64,000 nt of DNA. It comes from Chlorokybus atmophyticus. Its lineage: Eukaryota; Plantae; Mesostigma and Chlorokybus algae. The translations under genes and the position numbers were made by a program. Shown here piece by piece: positions 41,776-55,560 of the stretch. The notes below the pieces were generated by a model that worked only from the letters and a program-made list of their open reading frames with translations, had not been told where the DNA came from and searched no databases. Position 1 is the first letter of the stretch. Each line of letters begins with the position of its first letter. The stretch is taken from NCBI GenBank assembly GCA_009103225.1, contig RHPI01003020.1:175446-239445 (forward strand), written 5' to 3'.

Positions 41776-44700
41776 TCAGTATGGACTGCGATCGCGTCTA
41801 ATAGCTGGCGCCCCTGTCCTTAGCTTACGCAGCCTCCCGCCCTCCTCAACCGCTTCTCCTCCCCCTCTCAAGTACACGACACCTCCGCTCCCTACCGCGC
41901 TACGCATCCCAACACTCCCGCTGGCACCCTCGCCCTCGCCCTCAACCGCACCCCATGCCACCACGCGACCGTCCTCACCGCAGGAGTAGCAAACCGCCGG
42001 TCCTGCTACAGCCTGCTGAAGCCGATGATGCGTGTCGGCACCTTCGGCAGTCCAACATAAACCCCTCACAACGCCTTCGTGCCCACCTGAGCAACGAGCA
42101 AGCGTGTGTGTGTGTGTGTGTGTGCGTGTGCGTGCGCATGTGCATGAGTGTGTGCACGCGTGCGCGTGTACGTGTGCGGGCACGCGTGTGTGTTAGTGTG
42201 TGTGCACATGTGTCAGTGAGGCTCAATGAGACAACGTACAGAATGCGAGTAACTATCGGTCTCACCCGTAAGAGCAACTGTGGGTCTGCCAAGGATCCCC
42301 TTGCGCGTGGCTGGTCGGCCAACATAGCGCACAGAGCTGCTCGCATCAAAGAGCGCCACGTCGCCGGCTTGCGTGCCCGCCGCAAGCGCCAGCGAGTTCG
42401 AGCTCGGGTCATGCATGCAGCGAATCAAGTAGTCCACCTGCACTTGTTGTTGTTGTTGTTGTTGTCGTCGTCGGGGATGCAAGGAAGGAAAGGACATGTT
42501 GGGTTGCTTTACTTGCCTGTGTATTGCACAGGGCCGAAGCTTGCGAGCGTGTCTCAGCATACTCAGCAATTGGCTCCGCATCGTCCCACTCCCAAACACT
42601 GTAACCAACAAAGCAGGCAACAAACCATCACGCTGATGAGCGCAACTAAGTACCAGCTGTGGTATGCACATCAACCAACACGCGCACAACAACCCAACAT
42701 GCGTGCGCAGTTATGTACACGCTGTGACATGCCCATCACCTCAACACCCACATCCACCCACCCTCACCTCATCGTTTCCGTTGTAGTGATACACCACACG
42801 TTCCTCCCCCCCTCCCCCCCGAACCCGACCCTCGCGACCCCCGTCCCGACATTCATGATCTGCGTCACGGCCTCGTCTTCGTCAAAGGCGGTCGACGTCA
42901 GGTCCTCGAAGACGCAGATGAGGCCGTCGGCGGAGGCGGAGAGGAGGACGGGAGTGGAGGAAGAGGAGGGAGCGAAGCGGACCTGGTGTTGGGGGGAGAT
43001 ATATAGGCATGAGATGGATGAGTGAGACACTGTTGGTAGGTAATTGTTGGGTTGTCGTATGCCACCTGCTGGATTGCATGACACCAGCTTGACACACGCG
43101 CGCGCACAGACACACACACACAAGCACAGAGAGGAAAAGACGCGCGCACGCATACACGCGTGCAAACACGTGCTCGTGCATCAGCAGGGGAGCAAAGCAC
43201 ACCTGCGCGTGTAGGTAGAAGAAGGGTGAACACGACATGCACGAGATTGACAACTGACCAACTGCATTGCAAGTAATAATAGTTGGATGGCCTCGTGCAC
43301 CCGCAATCAACTTTTGTTGATACACCAAGGGACACAGGAATAGTCGCGTTTGTCTGTGAGTGCGTGCGTATGTGTGTGTATAGATGTGACATGCCGCACA
43401 TGTGTACAAACTTACACACCCACACACACAGCCTCTCCCCTTCCCCCACCTGCGTGACAGCGTCCCCGTGGCACTCCTCGAACGCCCCCACCACCCTCCC
43501 TCCCGCCCGTCGCCTGTCCCAGAACACCACCCGGTCGTGCGCCCCCGCCGCCACCAGACTACTATGGAATGCACAGGACCAGATCTCGGCGGCGGGACCG
43601 GAGGAAGGGCCGACGGAGAACGACTGGACCTGTGTGTGTGTGGGTGAGGGGGGGGGACGTGCATCTGTGCGTGTTCATGCGTTGTGCACGTACGTGTCCA
43701 CATGCACGTGCCACGAAGCTACCACTGGGCATGTCTGTGAGCATGCGAGTGAGTAGCATTCGTATGCTCGTGCCACACACCTACTGTGCGTGTCTGTGTG
43801 TGTGCACGTCTGCATGCATGCGCATACATGTTGTTCACACAGACACGCACACACCAAGATATCTCCGATTGCACGCCACCACACACGCGTGCCCTCTCAC
43901 CTGTTCTCCTGTCCTGACGTCCCACACCCGCACCCTCCCATCCTTCCCGCTCGCCGCGATCTCCCTCCCCCCTCCCTCCCCATCCCCATCAATCCAGCAC
44001 GCCTCCGTCAGGACCGGTCCCGTCTTGCCTCCATCATCCGAGGCCGACAACACCGAAGCCGGTCGGAGCAGGGCGGCGGGGTCGTAGAGGACCAGCGCGG
44101 GGAGGGAGGAGAGAACAGCCAGGAGGGGGGAAGAGGAGGGGCTGGGGAGAAAGGAGAGGAGAGGGGGGGGTGAGCGTATGCACACACACGCGCGCGCGTG
44201 CGCAGCCATCGTGCGCGCGTGCACTTGCGTATGAGTGGGCATGGGTGTGCATGCTGGTCGTCTGTCTGTGCGCGCGTATGATTGTGCATGCATGTGCATA
44301 GTTGGTTATCTGTTTGTGTATGCGTGTGTGCATGCTCGTTTGCACACTGTCGTGTTACACACGTCTTGTGTGTCAGTTTCTGGCGTAGTTGATGCAGTTC
44401 GTTGAGAGGTACGCACTCCTAGTATCATACCGGTGCTCACGATGTGTACAAGTATACTGAAGCTATGTTGAAATTGTGAAGATTTCTGGATACCAAAAGC
44501 AAGCTCAACTGCAAAACCTCTGTCTCGATGACTGTGTGCACTCATGGCCAACTTACAACACAAACACAGATTTGCGACGCACACAGTCAAGTCAACATGT
44601 TGCAAGATATTGCTCTACTCTCTGACGTGTCAACAAGAAAGGCAAGCGCGCACACACGCACATGCACACAATACGAACTCTGACGTCTCGACAACAACCA

Positions 44701-44918
44701 CAAAACTTTCATCTTCACCTCTTCAGTACGTCCAACGCAAACACATCGCCCCCGCCGCCGCCTCCTCCTCCCGTCCTCCCCTTCAAGTCCGCTCCCACAT
44801 GCGCCGTCAGCAGCGGACCCAACCTCACGGGCCCTGGTCCGGCCTGAGGCTCGCCCTCATCGGCGTCGGCGTCAGGGAGGTCCTCGTCGTCGCCGTCGTT
44901 GAAGCGCATGTGAGGCAT
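41776..44918 (-). CDS. WDR89: WD40-repeat protein, WDR89-like
   Basis: Exons encode ASGKDGRVRVWDVR, VVFWDRR, FEECHGDAVTQVRFAP, LLSASADGLICVFE, DEDEAVTQIMNVG and GGHEGVVRGLCW..SCGEDGRVVAW. Confidence 0.78.
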
Positions 44919-45209
44919 GGTCTGGAAAGGGGAGAGAACCCGGCGCTCAGCGCTGCCGCCGCCGCTTGACTTGGCCTGGTCCTAGCCTGATTTGGCCTGG
45001 TCCTGGCCTGGCCTGATGAGCTAAACTGATAGCTTACCTCCTCCGGCGCCGCCCCTCCTCCTCCTCCTCCTCCTTCTACGACTACTTCGCCTCCTCCGCA
45101 GCATCCTCCTCCTTAGCCGCCCACACGCGCAGTGGCTAGCACTTGGCGGCCGAAGGCGGCGGAGGCCACTGAGGCAGCGGCGGAGGCGGCTCGGGTGGCG
45201 ACGAGGGGC

Positions 45210-48035
45210 ATGGACTTTGTTGTGCATCAGAAGGCGGAGGCGGAGGCGGAGGCGGAGCAGGCGGGGACGGGGGCCGCCGACGGAGGCAGGACGGCGGGGC
45301 GTCAGGCTGGGAATGAGGAGGAGGAGGAGGAGGAGGAGGAGGAGGGGGAGGACGAGGAGCTGCGGGCGCTAGAGTTTTACAGCGGCATAGGCGGCATGGT
45401 AAGCACCACCTCCAACCACAACCACAACAGATGTTGTCACGTTTGCTTGAGTTGGATCCTATGTTGTGCTTCACGTACGGTGCGTGTCGACTTAAGTTTT
45501 CACAGCCAGAAGCAAATGCAGTGTTCCAAGAAGACGTCCTCCAAGCGTTGCTCAATAGTTGTGCGCCATGTTGGGCAAAGATATGTATGCGTTGTGTAAA
45601 CATCGCACAGTCTGTATGCCTATCCCCAACTGCAACTGCAACGGGGACAAACGCACGCACGCAAGCACGCGAACATGCATGCGTATGCAAACATGTCCAC
45701 ACACAGCACCCGCGCACATGCACAAGCACACGCGTGCGAGCGCACACACTTGTCTGCCTGCATGCACACAGGCAGCATACACACATGTGCACACTTGCGA
45801 AGCATGCAGCAGCAACGCGCGCGCGCACGCACGCACTCCAACAATCTACCCGTATGTGCTCCCCCAGCGTTACGCATTGCGACGTTGGGAATCGCACCAC
45901 GCCTCCTCGTCCTCCTCATCATCATCGGGGCGGCAACAGCGGAGCCGGAGATGGCGTAAGGGCGCGCGGGTGAGCGGCGCGTGGGAACTCAGTGGCATCG
46001 CCAACGACGTGTATGAGTATAACGGGGAGCACAGACCGACTGAGGTATGTGGCAATGTTGTTGGTTGTTTGGGGGGGGGGGGGGGGGGGGGGNNNNNNNN
46101 NNNNNNNNNNNNNNNNNNNNNNNNNNNNNNNNNNNNNNNNNNNNNNNNNNNNNNNNNNNNNNNNNNNNNNNNNNNNNNNNNNNNNNNNNNNNNNNNNNNN
46201 NNNNNNNNNNNNNNNNNNNNNNNNNNNNNNNNNNNNNNNNNNNNNNNNNNNNNNNNNNNNNNNNNNNNNGGGGGGGGGGGGGGGGGGCAAATACGACTCC
46301 TTTTAGGGTAACATATCAAGGGTGACGGTGAGGGAGGTGGATGCGCACGCCGCGCAGCTATGGATGATGTCGCCGCCGTGCCAGCCATACACCCGAGTCG
46401 GTGAGCTGCTGTTTTATATTGCTTGTGTGTGCGCGTGCGGTTGTGCGGGCGTGTGTGTGTGTGTATGTGCGTACGCATAGCATGCGTGGGCGTGCAGATG
46501 TGGGTGTGCGCGTGCGTGCGTGCTGGTGTGCGCAGGCCCAGGTGTGTGTGCTGTTGAATTAGTGGATGACTGCATGCCATGCGTGAGCGTGCCAGTGACG
46601 TGAAGCTAGCGAGCATACTTCTCCCTTTGCCCTCACTCACTTACCCTCTCACTCACCCACGTGCTCTTCAAGTCACCCACTCCCTCGCTCACTCTCTCAC
46701 CTTCACACACGCACAAGCAGGCTTGCGCCGCGACGCTGCCGACCCCCGTGCCCGCTCCCTTCTCGACCTTCTCGCCCTCCTGCCCCACCTTTCTCACCCT
46801 CCCTCCTACCTCCTCCTCGAGAACGTCCTCGGCTTCGAGGCACGGCTTCGTATCATTGTGTTCTTGTCGTGTCGACACAACAAGCCCACAACAAGTGCAT
46901 AATGCGATCTTGTCACAGGTGTCGGAGAGTGCGGGCAGGGTGACGGAGGTGCTGTCTTCGCTCAGGTATGTCATGCAGACGGTGCTGGTGAGCCCGAACG
47001 ATATCGAGGGGGGAGAACCGTACTCGCGGCCGCGATGCTATGTGTTGGTAAGGATGGAAGAGAGATATACGAGTAGATGTTGGGTATATTGAGTTTGTCC
47101 TGTTCAGGCGAAGAGGAGTCCACTTAAGTTTGCATTGCCTCATTTGGACGGGAAGATTATCGTCGGTATGCCCGGTCGATATCCGCACAGCGGGGAAGAC
47201 AGTGGGGATAGTCAAGCTAAGGCGGGTCGGCGAAATCGACATCTACGGATACGGCCTGTCCGGGAATTCCTCGAGGCGGATGTGGATATCGGCGAGTACG
47301 GGGTGACGGAGCACGTGATAGAGAGATGGGGCGCAGCTTTTGGTGAGATGTGTGTGTACAAATTTTGTGTTGGTGATGCGTTGATGGTAAAACTGATTGT
47401 GTGGAGCAGATATTGTCACGGCTGAGTCACATCGCTGCTGCTGCTTCACGAAAAGCTATTCGCAGTATGCCAAAGGCACCGGCTCGCTACTTGCAACAAA
47501 GGCACAGAAAACCCAACATTGTCAAGCATGTTGACACACTTGAACGCACATCAGACCAACACGTGTTACTCAACCAGGTGAAAGAGTTGGGTGATGGCTG
47601 GGAGCCGATCACCGATGCGACGCTGGCTGAGAGGGGACTGGGGTTGCATGACTTGGGCTTGCGATACTTCACGCCACGCGAGGTACGTCACAACATGGTA
47701 GTTGTGTGATGGTCTTATGGCTGAATGGTTATTATTGTGCTCTTGATAGATTGCCAACCTGCATGGCTTCCCGCAAGACTTTGCGTTCCCTGAGTCCACC
47801 ACTCTGCGTCAAAGGTGCGTGTGCGTGTGACTTTGTCACACGCAGAGTGGCCATCCGGCCAATATACACTTTGCTGTAACAATGTTGTCTGTGTGTTGTT
47901 GCTGTATGCAGGTATGCGCTGTTGGGCAACAGCTTGAGCGTCACGGTAGTCGCGTTGCTCCTCGATTACTTGCTCACGGACGACGTAGAGCAGGTCGTAG
48001 ACAACATGAAGCGGGAAGCGCCTCCTGCGACGTGA
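45210..48035 (+). CDS. DNMT2: DNMT2/TRDMT1 tRNA(Asp) C38 cytosine methyltransferase
   Basis: Motif [14 protein letters not shown], motif [12 protein letters not shown], motif [11 protein letters not shown], motif VIII YSRPRCY, the DNMT2-specific CFTKSY, and [29 protein letters not shown]. One intron contains an N gap. Confidence 0.93.
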
Positions 48036-48859
48036 CTTGAAAATGTTGTGCTGTACCTTCAAGGCAGAGACACCACCTTTGAACAGCAACATCTTGGTAC
48101 TGTAGTAGTACACATGACAAAAGCTTATGAAAGGCAACCTCGCCACGCACACACACAGACGCGCGTAAGCATGCATGTATGCATGCATGCATGCGTGCAC
48201 ATATGACAGGCAGGTGTGCTTCATAGCTTTACGGCATGCACGAGGGCATTTTGGATCCAATTCAGCGTCAGCGCTCAAAACGCTAACGCCCGACCGCGAT
48301 TAAGCTGAGCTTGGAGTAGTTTGCATGGCTGTGATTGTCGTCGGCGGTGGCCGGGGCAGCGACGGTGTTGGTGTCATGCCAGGAGAACGGAACAGCAACG
48401 ACTGCAGGAGGGGCGACGCTGCTGTTAGTGTTTGTTGGTCGGGCTGATTGTAGCCTCAGCTGAGCTTGTCTTGCTGCTTCAGTGGACAAGGCATGCATGT
48501 TGTGAAAATATCGTTGCTTAATCAGGCTCTGCAGCCTGCCTAGCTTTCAGCCTGCGAGTTGTGCACACATGTCGCTGCATACTGCTCGCCCAGTCATTTG
48601 TTTGCCAACCCTAATTGGGACGCACCAGAAGCAGTAGTCTGTTGCTGCAACACAACAACACTGGCTTGTGCAGGTACTTTTGGCTGCACTTGTAGGTGTA
48701 GGCTGTGAAACCATTGCGCGTGTCCCCTGTAGCCTCAGCAATGCTGCTAGGCTGTTTGATGCCAGTGACAGTTATGTTCTCAAGCAGAGAGCGCTGCATG
48801 CAGATGAATTGTGCACATGCACGTAGTGGTGACGCTTATCATAATCTGCCACCAGCACC

Positions 48860-49862
48860 ATGGCGGACTCGCTCAGTTCCGAAGTGAGCGAGTTCGATCC
48901 GTTCACAACAGCAAGCCAGGAAAGTGCAGCAAGCGTCTTGCAGCACACTCAAGAGTCTGCCAATGCACCCCACAAACCCGGTTGTTGTCGATCGTTCTCT
49001 GGTGGTTAAGGGCCAAGATGGACGACGCCAGTGGCAGGCAGGAGTTGCTTGCAGCCCGCATGGTTCCCGACTTCATAGCTGTCGTCAAAGAAGCTAAGTG
49101 CATCGAGCCCAAACTTGAGGTCGCTGAGTTTCTCTGCAACTTGGCGTCCTATGAAGACAGTCGCAGTGCCTTTCTGCCCGACAGTGTCCTGAATGATATC
49201 ATCCATGCTTGTGGCTTCCCTTGCCTAGTACAACTCGTGCAATCCAACTCCACGAAGGCGAAGATCGGTGCTCTGTACATGTTGAAACGGTTGTCCTGGA
49301 ACAACTCCAACCGTGTGTCTGAATTGGCGAGTCTGGGCAGCATCAAGCCTCTTGTGCAACAATTGGCCAGCAGCGATTCTATTGTGCAGACGGGTGCAAT
49401 GATTGTGTTGGCTAGCTTGGCACATAAGCGTGCGCTGCACAGGAGATTGTGCACAAGCTGGTGTCACTGCCCCTCCTTGCGCACTCCCTGCTGTGCGATA
49501 GGTCAAGTAGGCAGCAAGCACATGCTGCACGCACGCTTACGTTCCTGGCGGACAGAACTGCACACTGCCGTGACATGGCACACGCGGTGGGGGACGGTGT
49601 GAAGACATTGGTGGAGCGCTTGCAGCTGAATGACCACTCGTATAATGTGAAGTGGACGATGAGGTTGCAGGTGGCTGCGCTTTGCATCATGTCCGCATGC
49701 TGCGACAGGAAAGCCAGGCCTGCAATGGCATGCGACCTGGCTGGGGACGAAGCAGGCGCGGCCTTCAAGAAAAGGGTTAAAGCTTCAGTGAGAGACGTGG
49801 TTTGTTGCATGGGCTCCTTGAAGCGCCCCCGTGCAGCGGATGTTGACAAAGGTGCCGCTTGA
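48860..49862 (+). pseudogene. ARM-repeat gene copy A (frameshifted, internally deleted)
   Basis: Homologous to the 56103-57404 ORF (QTRLL..DDASGRQELL..LEVAEFLCNLASYED..IKPLVQQL). Frameshifts lie near 48970 and 49430-49450, and a large central block present in copies B and D is missing. It ends DVVCCMGSLKRPRAADVDKGAA*. Confidence 0.8.
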
Positions 49863-51588
49863 GCCCAATCTCCACCATGCGTTGTCAGACTACCAAGCAG
49901 CTTGCGACCCTTCTGTCAGCTACTTTGGTTGCGGTTGCCAACCATGTCAGTGTCAATCTGCACATGACTAATAGTGTACATAACTGTGGCATAGCTGGTA
50001 CTATGCCTGTGTGTCAACAGTACACGTCTGGCAACTACGAGTTGGATGTCCGTTTGGTCATCGTGTAACCCAGCTATTCTCGTTGTAGAGCAGTGCACTA
50101 GCTCTACCTACTAGAGCAGGAGCAGGTGTGAGCAGGAGCTCTACTTACTAGGTCATATTGTGAATGCAGGAGCTGGTGTGAGCAGGTGACAGGATGGTCG
50201 CACCGGTCCTCACATTCCTGTTCACAGATCATCATGATGTGGGAGAAAGGAGTGAATAGGGACAACATGCAAGGCACTGCAGTAAGTGAATGAATAAATC
50301 TTGAAGTCTGAGTTCATTCAATCAGCTGAAGTGCATTGCGCATGTGCAGCGTGTACAGGATATGCAAGGCGGTAATGCTAACAGGCAGAAGAGAGCAGCA
50401 AATTGCGCATAGCAGCAAACACGCACCTTGATGCTGCATACATGACCATCGGGCTAACTCTACCTTGCAATTGTACTCTGCCCCAACCAATCCCTATCAG
50501 GCATGCATGCATTCACGACAACTTTGTTGTTGAACCCTGGTTACCTGGGCCAGGGCTTGTGGTTAGCGGGCAGCCCATGGGCACGATCAATGAAGAAAGG
50601 GGGGGAGGGGGGGACATGAGCTATGCTATAGCTCATGTAGCTCAGTGAGCTACAAAGCCACCCAGTTACGCGCATGCGCACAGCACTTCACATAATCATG
50701 AATTAACGTATCCACGCATGCCTATGTGACATGTCGCTGAGTTACAAAGCTCCAACGTGGAGCCTTCAAGGCTCTGAAAGGAAGCCTTGGAGGAGTTGAA
50801 GAGTCGAAGCTTTGAGGGCTGAAGCAGAGACATGCATACGCGAGCTAAATCGCGATCCGTTACGCTCGACCGAGATCAAGCCTCGAAACGGTTTGCATGT
50901 GTGCTCGGGGGGGGGCTGTGCGTGCCGCAGTGTGGGCGGGAGCGGTGGCCTGGGCGACGCCGGTGGCGACGGCGGTGGCGGTGGCAGAGGGGAAGGCGGA
51001 GGCTAGTGTTTAGCAGCTGTTGTTTTGTTGGCAATGGTGGGTGGCTAGCTGTGCTTGTAACGGTGTGGAGGTTACACCAGCGGACAAGACCGCAACGACT
51101 GCAGGAGGGGCGACGCGCTGGCAACTGGCTGGTAGTGTTTTAGCCATGGCTACCAGGGCCTGGTACAGGCTGTCAGGCTGAGCGTCGTTTTGTGCTGCTA
51201 TTATTAAAAAAGGGCATGCATGTTGTGAAACTGTTGATGCTCGAGCCTTGAGCGGCAAGTTTGCAGCTGCCTAGCTTTCATCCCGCGAGTGGTGCATGTC
51301 GCTGCATGCAGCTCGCCCCTATGAATGCAAATCCTAGTTGGGAGGCTGCTGCATTGCACATAACCAATCAGAAGCTTGCTGTAGCAAAGACACTGTGCAG
51401 GTAGGCGTACTTCTTGCTGTGTTTGTAGGCTGCATCACACCACCACAATGTCGTCATTTGTAGCCTCGTGAATGCCGCTAAGCTGCTCCATGCTAGTGGC
51501 AATTGTGTTCTCAAGCAGTCCGTTGCATGCAGACAAACAGCGCACATGCACGCTAGCTGTGCCGCCTTCAGAGCCTGCCAGCAGAACC

Positions 51589-52988
51589 ATGGCGCAGATG
51601 CTCAGTTCATCAGTTCAACAATCCATGACAGTGCGAGCGCTCTTCCTCGATTGACGGGACACTGCACTGCACTGCTTGCGGCAAGAGGCATGCATGCCTC
51701 TTGCCGCAAGCAGTGCGCTCAGGAGGCTGCCAATACAATGGCACAAACCCGGCTGTTGTTGTTCGTTTTCCGGTGGTCAAGGTAGAAGCTTGAGGACTCT
51801 AGCGGCAGGCAAGAGTTGTTCAGAGCCTGTGTGGCTCCTGAATTACTCGCTGCTGTCAAGGAACTTGACTGCAACGAGCTCAAAGTTGAGGTCGCTGAGT
51901 TTGTCTGCAATCTGGCGTCCTATGAAGACAGCTGGAGCGCATATTTGCTAAGTACAGCCTTGGATGATATCAACCGTGCGTGTGACCTCCCTTGCCTTTT
52001 TCAGCTCGTGCAATCCAGCTGCACGAAGATCCAGGTGGGGGCACTACGCACGTGCTTGATCGGCTGTCCTGTGTAAACTCCTGCTGTGCAGGGAAGTATA
52101 TGAGTCTGGGCACCACAAAATCTCTTGTGCAAATGGCCAACAACGACTCTCATGTCCAGATGGGTGCGATGACTGTGTTGGGAAACATGGCACGTGATGA
52201 TGAGGCGGCTGCACAGAAGATGGCACAATCTGGAGCAGTGCCACTCAGCGGCTTACTTGACCCATCGCGCAACTCATGCTGCGCGATGGGTCAAGTAAGC
52301 CGCTGCAAGCGAGTGCTGCACACACTCTTCCGTTCCTAGCATGCACCACGGGTTACCAACGTGATATTGCACGCACGTTGCGGGACAGTGTGAAGACGTT
52401 GTTGGAGCGCTTACAGCCACACGAACACTCATCCAGTACTGTGTGGTCAACGTCTTCGTTTCTTCGCATACTGTCATTTGAGTCAAAAGTCAAAGCCCTT
52501 GAGATTGTTGATGCTGGCGCTGTTGAAGCTTCAGTCAAGCTGCTACAGACAGGCAACCAAACGGATGTCGAGTCCTCCCTAGGGTTATGGTACGTTTTGG
52601 CACCAGTGACCAATGGTGTTGCTATGAGAGTTGCCGAAGCTGGTGGGTTACAGCCAATCATACGGTTGATGCACTCCACAGACAAGAAATTGCAGTCTGA
52701 TGCGGGGTTTGTTTTGGACGCCATAGTCAACTCCTCTACCGTTGCAGACGATTTGCCTGTGCGCAACATGTTGGAGTCCAGGGATCACAAGCATCAGCTG
52801 GCGGCGCTTTGCATCATGTCTTCGTGCTGCAAAAACGAAAGGCCGCTGCAATGGCGCAGGACCTGGCTGGGCATGAAGCACGCGGAGCCTTTGAGGGAGA
52901 CGAGATATCTTCAGTGAAAGACGTGGTTCGTTGCATGGGCTCTCTGAAGCGCCCTCGTGCAGCAGATGACGATGATTGTGCCGCTTGA
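51589..52988 (+). pseudogene. ARM-repeat gene copy B (in-frame stops and several frameshifts)
   Basis: Pieces in different frames (51816-52076, 51992-52339, 52276-52917) align end to end with copy D. There is an in-frame TAG near 51783, and the shifted end reads DVVRCMGSLKRPRAADDDDCAA*. Confidence 0.85.
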
Positions 52989-53164
52989 GCGCCATCTCCG
53001 CTACGCGTTATTAGACTACTGAGCAACTTGCAAGTTTCTGTCATCGGCGGCCATGCTATTTCGGTTGCCAATGCTGTCAGTTTCCCAATTATGTATTGTG
53101 CCTGATAGGCACTAGCCCTCAGGCTGTACATTACTAATACTTGTCTGGTGGTCATTGGGTGTCG

Positions 53165-54096
53165 CGTGACACCCCGCACCGTGCATCTGACTTGATGAGT
53201 CTGGGCAGTGTAGAGCCTTTTGTGCAGCAACTGACCAGTAGCGACGCGCTTGTCCAATTGCGAGCGCTGGTGGTATTGGACAAGCGCGACTGAATATAAA
53301 TACAAAACGACTGAGTATGTTGCCGTTGCTGCACCGAGTGCTGCGCAAGCTGGCACAGTACTTCCCATCGTGCAACTCCTGCTGTCCAATCCATCAACAA
53401 GGCCGCTGCAGGCGTCTGCTGCACGGACGCTTACGGTCCTGGCATTCAATGCTGCCTATCGACGTGACGTTGCACTTGCGTTGGGAGACAGTGTGAAGAG
53501 TTTGATTCAGCGTTTGCAATTGAGAAAGTGGTTGCCCATCCAACAGGCAGTACTTTATAGCAACATTGCTTTGGTGCCTGGCGTTTGATAAAGCCACAGC
53601 ATTGAAGATTCTTGAAGCTGGCGGTTAAATCGAAGCTTCAGTCACCCTCTTGAGAAGAGGCAACCAGAGCGTGATTGCATCATCATTGGGCCTACTGAGC
53701 ACTCTGGCATGCTTTGACCATAGCAGGGCGACGCGAATGGCTGAAGCTGGTGGCTTACGAGCGGCTATGAGGTTCGTGCAGTCCACTGACCAAACGGTGC
53801 AGCTTGTGGCCAAGCTTGTTTTGGACAACACAGCAGCCTCTGCGGCTGCTATTACCTTTGCCAGCCCTGTACTAGGCATGCTGTATTCAAGGGATCAACC
53901 GCAGCAGTTGGCTGCGCTCAACATACTATCCTCTTGCTGCAAGTCGCGGGCAGCTGCAGTGGTGGAAGACCTAGCTGGGGCTGAGGCAGTCAATCCCCTC
54001 AAGGAATGGTTTCAGCCTCCTGTGTCGGAAGTGATTCGCTGCATGGGCTCCAGGAAGCGCCCCCGCACAGCCGATGCCAGCGGAGCTGCCGGTTGA
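53165..54096 (+). pseudogene. ARM-repeat gene copy C (5'-truncated, frameshifted)
   Basis: Fragments PIVQLLLSNPSTRPLQASAARTLTVLA and RMAEAGGLRAAMRFVQS..QQLAALNILSSCCK..EVIRCMGSRKRPRTAD. It begins immediately after the 3' flank of copy B, with no leader. Confidence 0.82.
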
Positions 54097-54699
54097 GCTC
54101 TATGATTGCCCTTGCGCCGTCGGACTATCAAGCACCAAGCAAGTCAGTCTTCAACCACACTGTGGTTGCCAGCGGTGTTGGTGTCCACTTCTGTATACAG
54201 TTAGCGCTTGTTCTGCATGTAGCTACTTGTTGAGCTGCGAGGAGTATTGGTTCGTGTAACTCAAGGCAGCTGCTCTTGACCAATCTGGTTGCAACCTGTT
54301 GTCAGCACTAACCCGAAGCTTAGACACCAGAGCTTGTACTCGTCTAAATCTGTACATTAATACAGACATAGTACGCACGTGGCGATTCATGTTCATGATA
54401 AATTTTGTCTCTGTTGCATTGACGAGTGTCCAGCACCAGGAGGACTCGACTATGGGTGCACACCATGTATGATGGGCTTCGTGCTGAAACCCAGTGCCAC
54501 TGGTTAGACCAGTGATTACTCACCGTCGATATGCACCAATGCACAGGGCCGCGCTCATAGTTCAAGCGCCATACCTAGCTACGCACACCATAGCATCCGA
54601 CACCATCAGACACGCTTAGCACACGCACACGCCCTATACATGCGCAGTTCGTTGCAGTTTGCATGGTATGTACATACCCTCGACGTTTTGTTGTACACA

Positions 54700-55560
54700 C
54701 CCTGAAGTGCGACAGCGGCAGCCATTGTGGGTCGAGGGTCTGGGAGTGGCGGCGGCGGCCGGGAGTGGAGGCGGAAGGGAGGAGGGCGGGGGAGTCCTCG
54801 TCGCTGTTGCTGCTGTTGCCATGCTAGCCGACAGCTACTGACAGCAGCCCTTGCGGGCAAGTGATCGCAACTGCATGTACTGACTTGCATGTCTAGAGGG
54901 GTGCTAGCCTTAGCGTAGAGTAGTGAAGTAGTTGTGGTAGCCCGGTGGTAAACATGAATTAAGCAGAGTAATGGTAGGCGTGTGCTGCTGTGTTTACAAA
55001 GCACGCAATGTGGTGCATGTGAACACGCATTCATGCACAGTCATAGTCAACATGCAGGCAAGCACAGTCATTTGTATTTCACCACCGGGCTATACAAGTA
55101 CTTACTTATCTTCACTACTTCCCCAACCCGTTAGGCATGCTTGTTAGCAGTTGTCATTACCTGCCCACAGGGCCGTTTGTGCTGGCATGTTGGTCATTGC
55201 ATGCACACTTGTATCACGCATTTACTGTACACCCTGCACACCCACCTCGCGGGCACCGCGTGCTCACTACAGCGCCACTGAACACCCTCCTCACCACCAC
55301 GACGCTCGACCACATGGCCCGTGGTCGCCCTCTAGCTTCACATGCCAGCGCCGCCGTCAACGGGGTCGCTCGCCGGGGCTCCCCAGCACGGCACAGCCGC
55401 CACCGCCGCAGCACTGCGGAGGAGCCGCACCGGGCTCCAGCAGTGCCTGCGCCCTGCTGCAGTGCGCACGCCACGCGCTGCCAACAATGGCGATAAAGCT
55501 GCTGAAGTAGTGCACGTGCAGCCCTCGCAACTGCACCACCACACGCAAATACCCGTGGTC
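54700..55560. repeat. Two inward-facing copies of the TAGCCCGGTGGT dispersed repeat
   Basis: Cores at 54938-54949 (+) and 55081-55092 (-). Each is preceded by an alignable G/T/A-rich stretch and a GC-rich block. Confidence 0.6.

Noticed and set aside
41955-46640. Long ORFs rich in THTH/CVCV/ARAR (e.g. 41955-43025, 42882-43703, 45136-45900, 45870-46640)
   Set aside because: They are by-products of CA/TG/CG repeat-rich introns and N gaps overlapping WDR89 and DNMT2.
50617-50656. Two adjacent short hairpins (ACATGAGCTAT/ATAGCTCATGT and GTAGCTCA/TGAGCTAC)
   Set aside because: Stems are only 8-11 bp and are not conserved at the equivalent position of other ARM units.
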